64,000 bases of DNA, taken from Dicyema japonicum. Lineage: Eukaryota; Animalia; Dicyemida. Within the stretch, counting starts at the first letter, position 1. Each line of letters begins with the position of its first letter. The stretch is taken from NCBI GenBank assembly GCA_011109175.1, contig RDEW01000009.1:129237-193236 (forward strand), written 5' to 3'. Shown here in pieces: positions 12,315 to 23,700 of this stretch. Position numbers and translations under genes: made by a program. The notes below the pieces were generated by a model. The model was not told the DNA's origin, ran no database searches, and worked only from the letters and a program-made list of their open reading frames with translations.

Positions 12315-13430
12315 AATTATTATTAATTGCAATGTCCGCGGAACCAGAAAAGTTAGCTAATTTGAGATTCCAATTTTGCCATGCATCTCTGGATTTGCGT
12401 TGTAAGTAGTTTCCATCCTCCCCTTTTTTTCGTAACCGCTTTCAGATCATCCAGATCCTCTCCTGTTTTCAGTTTTCTTGCTATGCAAGTGATATCTTTT
12501 TCAAGCGTCGACGGCAACGTTGTTCTTTGTCGACCTCGATACGTTGTTTTGTTTAATAAAGGAAATTATGATTCCATGGACGAATGAATAACTCACTCAA
12601 AGAGAAATGGAGTCACACAAAGAAACTTGGCTTCCTATTAGGAGATAGTGAAGATATCATACGGAAGAAAAACCATGGCAAACGCGGCATTACACAGGCT
12701 GAAAAACCTATGGCTAAAACGGAGAAGGAACAACATAAAACAAAAGATAATGTTATACAACACTTTTATCAATCCAATCCTCCTATACAACTCTGGGACC
12801 TGGGCCACCTCAAAAGAGGATTTGGAGAGGCTAGACTCGTTTCACAGGAATCATCTAAAAAACATTACTGGAATGTCCTGGCCATCCAAATTTTGCGGAA
12901 AGGACTGTACAATAAGTGTGACTGTACACCATTAAGTCACGAGATCATTAGCTCTTGTTGGAGACTTTTTGGATAAGTCCTGAAATTTGACCCGATATCC
13001 ACCCCTCCCCGAATATCGCAATGGAAGATTATTACTCTTCCTCCAATGTAAAGCGATATAGTGGAAGACCGAGAACAACCCTACCGGTCGTTTTACAAAC
13101 GATTTGAAAGCCGTAAAGAAAACATTGGCATCTGGTGACGATCTGGACTCACTGAGGGGCCTAAGAACAGAAGAGCTTGGAGCAACCTAACTAATTCTCT
13201 TATATTTTTTGCTGCACATGCGGAACTATAAATATTATGGCTCTCGTAAAAGTGCTAATAATAATAATGATTCCACGGCCTGATTGGCCGGTGCCATTTC
13301 CAAAACTCTTGTGATATATCAAAGAGCTGCCATTTTGCCGAAGTAACTTTATTCCCAATCTATGTTGTTTGAGTAATTCTGTAGAGCTCGTCGTTAGTCA
13401 TCCGTTTTGGTCAGAAATAATTTTCATAAT
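12315..13430 (-). mobile_element. RTE-like LINE 3' fragment, host of a nested insertion; absent from unit B
   Basis: Removing 12577-13275 rejoins APANQAVES..YRGRQRTTLP..KLKTGEDLDDL; AAT-type tail at ~12315. Confidence 0.8.
12577..13266 (+). mobile_element. 5'-truncated RTE-like LINE with target-site duplication
   Basis: KLGFLLGDSEDII, YNTFINPILLYNSGTW, WRLFG; (aat)n tail; TSD atgattcca at 12568-12576 and 13267-13275. Confidence 0.85.
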
Positions 13431-13539
13431 TTTATTTTTGACCGGCATTCTCAATCAATTGATATTAATTTAATCTTATTAATTTAACTTACATATATTT
13501 TACTGATCACGAGGTCAACCAAATGTTATTAAATCTTAA

Positions 13540-13800
13540 TTTATTTTATTATCCCCCTATACACTAAGAAGGAAGTTAAAAGTAAAAAACTAGTTAAGTG
13601 TATCCAGCTTCCAATGCTACGGAAACAGAGTCCATTCGGTAAAAATGTATAAAGATAAAAGACCTCCATTAGTTGCAGTTGTGGAAAACTTTCCCATGGA
13701 GTGGGGGAGAGCAAATGAATTTTTTTAGTGTCCGGTCTGGTACTGGGCGCCATTCTATTAAAAAACGGAAAGAGAAGGAACAGACAGAAATAGAACTAAA
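13540..13800 (-). mobile_element. SINE-like family 2, diverged copy
   Basis: Reverse complement matches ~400-680. Confidence 0.7.
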
Positions 13801-14582
13801 ATTTTCAAAATCTCAAAACTTTTACGATTGAATACCATGAGTTTAGAATTTTTTTCAAATTAGTTTTTAGCCATTATATTTAGTAATTTTGGAGTTCATG
13901 AAACAAATTCTCATTCATTGTTGATTGCTTGGCATTCGTAACATTAATCCTATCGTTTTCAAAATTTTTCACTGTCTTTTATTGCAACAAAATTTTCGGA
14001 ATAATAAAATACGCTTCTAAGAAACCCTCACATATTGAGAAAATTACATCTGGAGGTAATCTAATCCCATGAAACATAGCTCTGCGCTTAATTAATTTCG
14101 AAAGATAATTAAGTCGCCGGATCGTTAATAAATAATTTAAAATTTTTAATAAGAATCCATCAAAAACATTTATAATTGTTTGAATTATATCATTCGAATA
14201 CGAATGTAATTTATAGCTGATTTCACAATGCATAAAGTTTATGGATTACAAATTGTCCAGAAAATTACAGTTAATATTATTTTCCTGTTAGTGTTAATTT
14301 CATCAATAATCAAATAGAATCATTTTTAAAAAATATTTTCTGTAGTTCAATATGTTTTTCTGTTATCTTTAATAAAAAAAATTGAACGGTGTCTATACAT
14401 TTTTGGCATTCTGTCTGATTTCGTTTTCCTTTAAGATGTTGATCGATGTAGTATTGTTAAGATGATTTTACAATCTTTGAGCATTTTTGTCAAAAATAAA
14501 TCTCCTTTAAATGTTCTTGTAAATATTTATTAGTGTTTCTTTCAAAATGGCCTCCAATTAATTTATTCAAGTTTTAGACAGG

Positions 14583-15441
14583 TTCATCAAAACCATTACG
14601 AGATTTACTAAAAAAGACATCCTTAGATAAAAAATTAATCTTTTAAATCTTATAAACATTGATTTTAGTGAGTACTCAACATTTTACCAAGGTCTTTCAA
14701 ATTTTAGAACAAATGTTACTTAACAAGAATCCGACAGAATATATATTCAATTTAATAGAATATGTATTCTATTAACTTTTTTAATTATTTTACTATTTTC
14801 CTGTTTAAAATAAATCATTCATTCTAAAGATGTATGAAAATAAAAATATTAAAAAGACGACATTTTACTTAAAGATGTCGAGGATCTTGTTAAAATGGTC
14901 TACATTTTTTTTAAAGCCTTTTCACGAGAGCCATAGTATTTTATAGCTCCGCATAGGCAGGACACACACTTTATTTAAGTAAAGAACAGTTAATTTTAAC
15001 TAATCGTAGAACCAAGGAATGATCTTCACTTTCTTTTTCTTGTGTGAGTGTCCTTTCTAGACAATCCGGTTCCGCAGTGAATATCCACTGATGACGGCGT
15101 CACTCGTCAAACCCTTTCTGCATCGTAGATGCGTGGAACCTTCCACCAGGTGAACAGCAGCGAGATTCGAACACGTAGCCTAAGCCACTTAAGCCCGACA
15201 CCTAACCACTAAGCCACCCGGTTACATACCATAACCACTAAGCCAATGGTCTACATACCCATTAAAATCAAATTTTTATTAGATTTAAAAAAGATGACTT
15301 TTTACCTAAAGATGTCGAGGACCTTGGTAAACTGTTCAATTTACCAATATGACCCATCAAAATCAATTTTGTAATATTTAAAAGATGATTTTTCTATCTA
15401 AGGATGTCTTTTTGGTAAAATCTCGTGATAGTCTTGATGAA
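14583..15441. mobile_element. MITE/foldback-like element with ~120-bp imperfect terminal inverted repeats and internal ~90-bp repeats
   Basis: 14583 ttcatcaaaaccattacgagattt..gacatccttagata is the inverse of tatctaaggatgtc..aaatctcgtgatagtcttgatgaa ending ~15441; motif taaagatgtcgagga repeats inside. The right arm is also at 1-180. Confidence 0.55.
14906..15244 (-). mobile_element. Full-length tRNA-derived SINE, family 1, with 12-bp TSD
   Basis: Head has A box TGGCTTAGTGG and B box GTTCGAATC; poly(A) tail; TSD aatggtctacat at 14894-14905 and 15245-15256. Confidence 0.9.
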
Positions 15442-15619
15442 TTGTAGGCCACTTTGAATGGACACGTTATCAATTTTTGGGTATTGCTTTTAAAATTCGT
15501 TCCTTATTTCTGCCTGAGTTCTAATAATTTTAATAATTGAGAAAATACAAACCTGTCATTAAGTGAAGACAGCTAATACACGACAAAAACTATTTATTAT
15601 TTCATTTTGAATCATTTTT

Positions 15620-15938
15620 GCCACGTGGCGACATGTGGTGCTGCGTGGTTAATTGGTTTAATTTTTCTGCTTGCTGTCTGTTCCTCCTCTCTCTTCCTAA
15701 TAGAGTGGCTCATGTGATCCACCTGTCTAGGTGACGCCCAATGCCAGGCCTGCATGAAAAAATCATTTGTTCTTCCCACTCTAGTGAAGGAGTTTCCACA
15801 ACTGCATGTAATGGACGTCTTTCCCTTTATACTATTTCGGATGGACTCTGTTTCTGTAGAAGTGAAACTGGATACACTTAATTAGTTGTTTACTTTAACT
15901 TCTTTATCGTGTATCCGGGGTTAATAAATAAATAAATA
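15620..15938 (+). mobile_element. SINE-like family 2 (unit B copy)
   Basis: Near identical to 356-680. Confidence 0.75.
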
Positions 15939-18900
15939 TTATTTCTATAGGCACGTATGAGAATTCCAAGATCAAGACAAAGCATGTGCAAAACGAAAAA
16001 GTTATTAATCTAATTAACATAGCCCATCACCTTTTATCCGTTGCCATGTTCCGTAGCATATCTAGATCATCCCATTTTTAAGGCACTTTCTAATCCTACT
16101 GAGATCTTTATCTAAGATTACTAGCAGTTTTTGTTTTTTGGCCGACCGCGGAAAGCGAAACCTCTAAGAAAAAATACTTCTCCAATGCTATTTGGCAATG
16201 GCCGAGAATAATCCTATAATCGTGCTAACAATCGCTCCCTGCGTGAGGGCATGAGGATTTTATCAAAAGAAAGCCAGTCTACTTCACGAAAAAGCATTCT
16301 CGCGCAGCCGATTCACTTACGAAGGAAAGAGATTGCCTAAAAAGCTGACAATAAACAGCCTTGGAAAACCAGGGCGAAAATCCGAGCTTGGAGAGAGATC
16401 AGATACAAGGCTAAGATGAAAAAGGAAAGAGATAGAAATAACCTTATTACACCTTAAACAACAGTCCTCCCACACGTGGATGTGGGATACTCTTCGGGGC
16501 TTTTACCAACTTTTAGAGACTGCCTCTTTGTGAAGACCGAGAGAACAAGAACTTTTTAAATAAGATGATAAAATTTCACTCCTCCGTGAGCTTCATTCCA
16601 CAGAAAGAAATTGAGGTATTTTCACATCCTCAACAAAACCAAAACGCGATGCAAATCTCGAACAGCCTTTCAATGGACGTCTTGCGGAAATCTATTTAAA
16701 GCCAGAAATCGTCTAACGCAAGTGGTCCAGATGGGATTCCCTCTATTGTAATTAGATGATTGACCCCTACACCATCTTGGCTTTAACTAGAATTTACAAC
16801 TTCTCCATCACTAGGAAACTCGATTCCCACTCTATGGAAATTATCCCATATTCACCCAATCTTAAAACCTGGACGGTCGAAGGACTCACCAGCTTCGTAC
16901 AGACCAAATATCCCTCCTATGTACCACCTCAAAAATCCTGGATAAACTCATTCTCGATCAAGAAGGCTCGTTTCACAACAACCTTACTTGCCTGACAAAA
17001 TTCATTAAGGAAAGCCTTCAACATAAACCTCGGCATCAAGACCATTATGTGTTCCATTGACATAGAAGACTTTTGACTCAATACCGTGGAAATAGCTCAC
17101 TAGAAAGATTTATGACTAACATTCCCAACAACCTGAAAATTTGGCTCGCTAACTTCCTTAACGGATGAAGAGTAAGAGTAATCTCCCATTCCATATTTTT
17201 AATCACTAAATTTTAACCGAACGGGGTCCTGCAAGGATCCTTCCCTCTCTCTTATTCTATTCAACCTATTCATCAGCGACATGCCTTTCTACAGCTGCGA
17301 CGATACCCTATTCCTTGCTTACGCAGACGACTTAATCCTGGGAACAAGAGACCAGTGTATTTACACAGCTGATTCCCGCTTAAAGATTCACTGGACAACC
17401 AGAACATTTGGCTTACGAGGAACCAACTATACAAAAGACCTGAAAAGTCGTGCTCTATGATCTTTACTTCCTTTAGAAGATTGAATAACTCGACGCCTTC
17501 ATTAACCCTAAATAAGATAAACGGATGAGAACGGGAGCTCAACCAAACCCCTAAACTTCCGAAAAGTGATTTTTCCAACAATAAGTGCCTCGGGAGGAAC
17601 ACCAGGAAGATGAGGCGGCTACTCAAAGGGGCCGGGATCACCAGACGGTCCCTAGTGAAGTTAGAGATTGTTTAGAATTTGTTTATTTAAACTTCGGCTC
17701 GCCCAAAGTTACTCATTCAGATAACGGAAAAGAGTTTAAAAACTCAGAAGTTTCCCAACTTAACGACGAATGGAAGATCAAGTCCATTTATGAAAGAACC
17801 ATACATCTTCAGTCTCAATGTCAGATAGAACGTTTTAATCAAACGAAAAAACGTTGGTTGGGAAAAACTCTTTTTTGCGACTGAATCACAGAATTGGGTG
17901 GATGTTTTGGCCAAGACAGTTTATAAATATAATTTTACTAAACACTGAGCGTCGGAGAATCTCCATTTAAATTGTTTCTGTGCTGTCCAAGCTTCAATTC
18001 TATTAATACCATCTTTGAAGGCAATGCACTCAACTTAGTGATTCATTTTTCTAAACATAATTCTGCTTACAAAATACCAGTACTCAGAAATGCCAATTCC
18101 AATTTCAATAGAAAAAATTTAAACATGAGAAAATGAGTACGTATCAAAGTAGATTTTGATAATAACTTAAATACAAAAAAATTGATAGTTATTTTTTGAG
18201 GAAAAGCAAATGTTAGTTGAGGAAGCCGGCTGCGTGGATCGAGATCAAGTTCCCTCGGAGTATGGCTATTCTAATCTTTTGTCTCAGCCATAATCCTTCT
18301 CGTTGATCCCTTTTCTTCCTGGCAAACATTGCACCGAGTTCGCACAAAAACTTAGTCGTCATTGGACCAACGGCTCCTACTGACTCGACCGCAAAAGGAG
18401 TAAATCGTAGAGGTTCCCGAGGTAGGAATATTTATTGATTTTTAGGTTTTCCGCGGTCGAAGCATCCGCTCCAGGTGTCTGAACTGATTTTATAAAGATT
18501 CGTGCTTGAGAACGTGTCAACACAAGTAGCGTCCCAGACCAAAAATCTTCCGGATGTGAAAGGGAAAAGGGTCATCCCGTCAGGTCTCTTTCCATCTCCT
18601 CGGTCGAGACCCACTTGTTCAAGCTGTACTGGGAAGCCTGTAGCCTTCAGAGCACTGACGATCACATCGTACAGAGCAGCGTGACGTGGTTCTCTTCCGG
18701 CGCTTCTTCTGCAGGACAGCGGATGCAATCTTTTCGCATTGACTGTTTTCCCGCATCGGTGCTCCTGGCAAACGTCTATTCCTAGTATTTGTGTTTGAAA
18801 AAGTATCTGATTAATGAAGTTTTAATACAAACTCGTTTTAATATTTTGACTATTGCTTAATTTTGTTATAGAAAATTTAAAGGCTGTTGAATACGCTCTC

Positions 18901-19322
18901 GAAACCATCCAGTTTCACGTGAATCCTTGGTGACCTGACGTCTCAACAGCAAATGGGATAAACAAGTAATCCTCTGAGATGCTTCTATACTTCCTTCATT
19001 TCTGATTCTCGGCGTGTTTAGAAGCATGACCTGAGTCCAAGATGAAGATCCTCTTGATGCCGGCCAGGCATTGGGTGCCTCTTCAGTAAAATGAATCCAG
19101 TGGCACCATTGAAAGGAAAATAATTTTGACTAACTATCTACGTAGCACCACAGAACGCCACGAGATTTTTTAATCTAGGAATTCTATTATTCCTCTTGTT
19201 TTGTAATTTTGTTCATTAAAATTTAAGAATATTTTTTTATTGAAATTAAAATTATTTTATATTTAGAATTTAAAGATGGTTCCCTTGCGCTTGCGACGCT
19301 GGAATTCTTGAGTCGTCTAGGG

Positions 19323-21339
19323 CAGTGGTTCTCAACCTTTTATTTAATCGCCCCCGATAATTTTTTTCGCCCCTCAGTTCACAAGTCAAAAAATTATTAC
19401 CACGTACAGAAATATTTTTTTATTTAAAAATCAGAGTTTTAATGAGATCCCTGTGGTTGATGAATATTCACAAGATTCTCTAAATTTGCCTTTCTTTTCG
19501 TAAGTGCAATCTTATCTCTCCTCTTGTACATTAATTTTGTTTCGTTTTTTCCCGATGAATTGGTAGAGTGCTAAATCCTCTTTCTATGCTAAATGAAGTC
19601 GGAAAACATAAAATGATTGGAGTCATTTTCCCCATAATTTCGGGACATTTATCTTCATTAATTTAGATCCTCAGAACTGTAAACGGTTTTCACTTTAGAA
19701 TTCGAGTTCTTCATAATTTTTCAATGCAAATGATTCTTCTTTAAATTCTCCGTCACTATCATACGGAACTAGTACAAAGGAATTAATCATCCAATCTGAA
19801 AATTTCACGGAAAATCTTTTTTTCAAATCTCGGGACAAAAATTCCTAGTGAAATTCGTAAATTTTTGAATCGTTGTCATCAAAAATATCATCAAAAAATT
19901 CTAGATTTTCAATTTTTTTTGTCAAGCTAAATTGAAAAAAATTCAACTTTTTCGACAGTATTAATAATTCTTTTGCAATCAATTACATTAATATAATCCC
20001 CTTGTAATGTCAATGAAATTCATTCAATTTTTTTAAAAATTAATTCAAAAAAAAATTTTCCAATAAAATTTGCAGAATTAAACAAATCAAATTCTTCTGT
20101 AATTTTAAAAAATCAACGATGAAATCGAATAATTTTACAAATCGTTCCAAACAATTTCCTTTGGACAACCATCTTACTTCAGTAGCAAAAGTAATCGAAC
20201 ACAACCGTCAGCTTGATCAGTGCAATATTCTCTGAAAATACAGTCATGTTTACTATTTCTTTTTATTTTATTGATTATTTTAATAACAATTAGCAAATTT
20301 TTCAGATAATTTTTTAGCAACCAATTGATGTCGATGTAAAACAATGATCGAAATAACCATTTGACATATTTGTTTCAAAAAAGCTAAAAATCCACGATAT
20401 TTTCCAACCATAGCCATCGATTGCACATGATAATATTTTTTCAAATAAGATTCTAAAATTTTGAATATAGATAATCATTTAGTATTCATAATTAAAGATT
20501 TTACAAAAATAACTCTTTTTGCAAATTACAGTCATCATCAAAATATCTTTATGAGTTATATATTTAAAATACCTGACATAAGCCATCAAAATAGATTGAT
20601 TATAACTGACAACTGATTCGTCAAGTTGAACGGAAAACTTACGTCTCTGAGAGATAATATTAAAGATTGTTCAATGTCATTAGACATTTCATCAATTCTC
20701 CTTATTATATCATTGCTTAATGGGATTGTCTTCAGTCTGTTTAAAATTCTTTTTGTAAAAATTCGTGAAATAAATGAGTCTAAATACGGCGAATAACACT
20801 CTCTGTTATCAAATGGGGATTACCTATAAATTAAAATAAATAAAATAACCAGTTTTTGCAACTATTTCTGCAACTTTGTATAAATAAAATAGTCCAGAAA
20901 CATTTTGAAATTTACTTTTATTAAAAAGAAGTTAAAGTATTTGTATTTTCATTATTCTTTTTTAATTCAAAAAAAATCTTTTTTTTCAATTGAGTTGGGA
21001 TGTTTGCGCTTTAAATGTTCGATTAAGCGCGATGACTTCATTGCCTCAATGGAAAACACTGTATCACATTGCAAACAAAGCGATTTATGAGATCCTGAGA
21101 ATTTGTAAAACCAAACTACCTAAAATAAACAGACTCACTACGAATTATTAGAAATCAAGCTAATAATTTTAAATGAATTATAATATAAATATTGTAGTTT
21201 TAATATAATATAAATGATATAAGACTCGATTATTTATTTGTCTTTAATTTTTCTATGACAATGAGCTCTTTGAGAAGCATCGCCCCCTTATCAGAAAAAT
21301 CGCCCAAAAAAGGCGATTCGCCTTCGTTAAGAACCACTG
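19323..21339 (-). mobile_element. Buster/Charlie-type hAT transposon with both ends and decayed transposase, inserted in a CRE-like fragment
   Basis: TIRs cagtggttct...agaaccactg; 8-bp TSD gtctaggg at 19315-19322 and 21340-21347; motifs KTIPLSND..RRIDEMS, FSVQLDES, MAYVRY, EVRWLS; flanks rejoin as LEFLSRLGNRIA..WLFERI..ILRGN. Confidence 0.92.
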
Positions 21340-21559
21340 GTCTAGGGAATCGGATCGCTACACAAAAAGGTAACCCTCATGAGCGCTGCTGGTTATTTGA
21401 GCGAATCTTGCTCGCTATCCTGAGAGGTAATACCCACGCTGATAGAGCATCTTCTGTATAACCGTTACTCTATTTTTTTTCTTCAATAAAAATTTTATTT
21501 AAAGACACTAACAAATTGGAAACGTGTTATATGGTTGTTGTTGTTACGCAACATCGAGA

Positions 21560-23700
21560 CTTCAAGTCTAAATTCGATAAAGATATAACAGAGTTGAGTT
21601 TAGGAAGCTCTTATACATTCAAAGACGGCGTAAGTACCCAGTGAGCAATTGTCTCAGGACCCTGTTGAAGATGGTGTATCGGTTTCTAAATTTAATTTAC
21701 AGTCCTGGACTCTAAATTATACGATCACTGCCGACACACATTTAAAAAGCAATTGATAATTGTCGAGCAAATTGAACAAAGCTCGAAACCCCGAATTAAA
21801 AAGATTCTATCAAGATTGGCAATTACTTACTGGAGTGTTTGAACTGTGTCATTAGCAAGTGGGTTAAAAAAAACTCTATACTTATGTGGATCAAGTTTCT
21901 ACTCTTATTTATGCTGGACAAGTTACATATCAAATTATTTCAGTGAAAAAATGAGCCATCAAAAATGGATAGAAAATATAAATAGAAAGAATGAAAAGTG
22001 GAAATCATTTTTTTTGCTAACTGAAAAGTTTTTTTATGAAGACTTTGTCGACCGAGGAAAAACCTATGGCTTGTCACGCATTATCGTTAGTGGGTTAAAA
22101 AATATGGTGAAAGAGCGAGATTACTTCTTACATTGAAGATAAAATTAAAATTCTCGAAAAGAAATTGTCGGTATCTGAGTTCCGCGAGAAATTTCGCCTA
22201 AACAGTGGTTCCCAACCTTTTTGAGAGCACGGAACCCTATCGACATTTTTCGTTTTATACGGAACCCTTAGTTTTTAACAATTATCAGTATTTTACTAAT
22301 ATAAAAAAATAAAATGCTAGTTAGTGAGATGGTTGATGTCTCTTGCATAGCTCTGAAATATTTGGCTTTGTCCTTTAAAAGGATAAACGTAGGTCTTCTT
22401 CCACATACAGTTGGTTCGCGCGTTTTTATGCTTTATATTTGTTAATGCAGAAAATCCACTTTCACAGAGATAAGTCGTTGAAAACTTGATCAAAACTCTT
22501 GCCAGAATAAGTTATTCTTTTTTTACAATCAACCAAAAAGAATCAACATCAAGCTGTAATTATTCCATTTTTAACGTTCTGTCACTTGAAGCGAACGCAA
22601 GTTCTTTTTCCTCTTTTAATGATAGCTCGTATCCAGTTATTTCGCACTCAGCAAGGATTTTTCACCCAAGCATAGAATTCAACTGATATGGGTAGAAAAA
22701 AAATTATTCGCAGATGAAAAAAACAATGTGTGTGAATAATGTTCGGATTCTTATTTTTCGCAATAGAAACAAAGCCTTTGCCAGTCATTGTTAGAACACC
22801 AGCTCAGATGCCCACACACGCATTCCAATCCAACGTTATATCCTCAAAATATGAATTTGTAAGATTGAAAATGTCATATCCCTTTGTTGTTCCGAGCAAC
22901 TCTTTGCAACAAATAAAATATGGATACATCGTTCATGTATCGAACGAAAACAAGGAGTTGCATTCTTCCTGTAATATCTGAACTTTTATCCACTTGAAGC
23001 GGAAAAAACACAGATTTTTTTATTCGCAATATCATCAGACAAATCCTTGATGCGTCTGCTTACAGAATTATTAGAAATAGGAATTAAGTTGAGCTCAGCG
23101 GCAGCAATTTCTCCGAACATTATCTTGACTACATCTTTGCATTTAGGCTAAACAGTTTTGGCGTGAATATGCGATTTTATAATTTTAGCTGCAATCTCAG
23201 TAACAGCATAACTAACATGCAGTGTTTTTTTGTTTATTTTGAATATTTTTCGTAAAACTGGATGCTTGAAATTTATTCTGGTACAATTTCCGCATAAAAA
23301 TATTCTTTTTTTTCTTTGAAAGTCCGGGTGCTTGATTGAGAAATAACGTCTAAGTTTCGTTGGAGCCATACCACTTTTCGCATGTTTTTCACCGCAAACT
23401 ACACAAAGTGGTAAAGTGCAATCCGTGTCCCCAGTCTATGTGAAACCAGTTCGATGCGATCAAACTTTAAGATATGCACTTCACAAGACTCCATTTAGAC
23501 ACGTGCAAATTAAATTAATTGTTTTGAAAAAATTATTATTTTGAAAAAAAAAATTAAATTTTTTTTGAAATTTCGCGGAACCCAGGTTAGAAATTTCTGA
23601 TCTAAACTTTGAATTAAATCGAAGATCATTTTACAGAAACCTAACCCCTACTGCAAATAATGATTCTATGTCACATGGATGGCTAGATGCCTATGGCCAA
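21560..23700 (+). mobile_element. Possible R4-like LINE N-terminal remnant interrupted by a hAT
   Basis: Flanks of the hAT rejoin toward NFELNRRSFYRNL, a motif seen upstream of RT in REL-type LINEs; heavily decayed. Confidence 0.35.
22203..23599 (-). mobile_element. Internally deleted Buster-type (ZBED5/8-like) hAT transposon
   Basis: TIR cagtggttcccaacc and degenerate ggttagaaatttctg; BED-like PLCVVCGE..MAPTKLRRY; FSTTYLCESGFSAL; degenerate ctaaa(c) TSD. Confidence 0.85.

Larger units (their letters stand above)
1..15265. repeat. Tandem segmental duplication, unit A (begins at or before the window edge)
   Basis: Position 1 (aatcaaatttttattagattt) recurs at 15266; the same elements follow in the same order in both units. 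A has an extra ~630 bp (about 940-1569) and lacks B 20117-24023. Confidence 0.9.

Noticed and set aside
13800-14570. Toxin partner convergent with the ZYG11-like gene (peel-1/zeel-1 analogy)
   Set aside because: Only a stop-riddled minus-strand frame (84-aa piece at 13979-14233) with no recognisable domain or consistent splicing, and no counterpart next to the intact copy B.
15085-15140. Hammerhead-like CTGATGA followed by a hairpin
   Set aside because: The required GAAA reads CAAA in both copies, no stem III/UH site is evident, and it lies antisense to the SINE.
15150-15225. tRNA gene (also ~53430-53500, ~40125-40200, ~43810-43877)
   Set aside because: A/B boxes are present but there is no closed acceptor stem; they continue into SINE bodies or decay.
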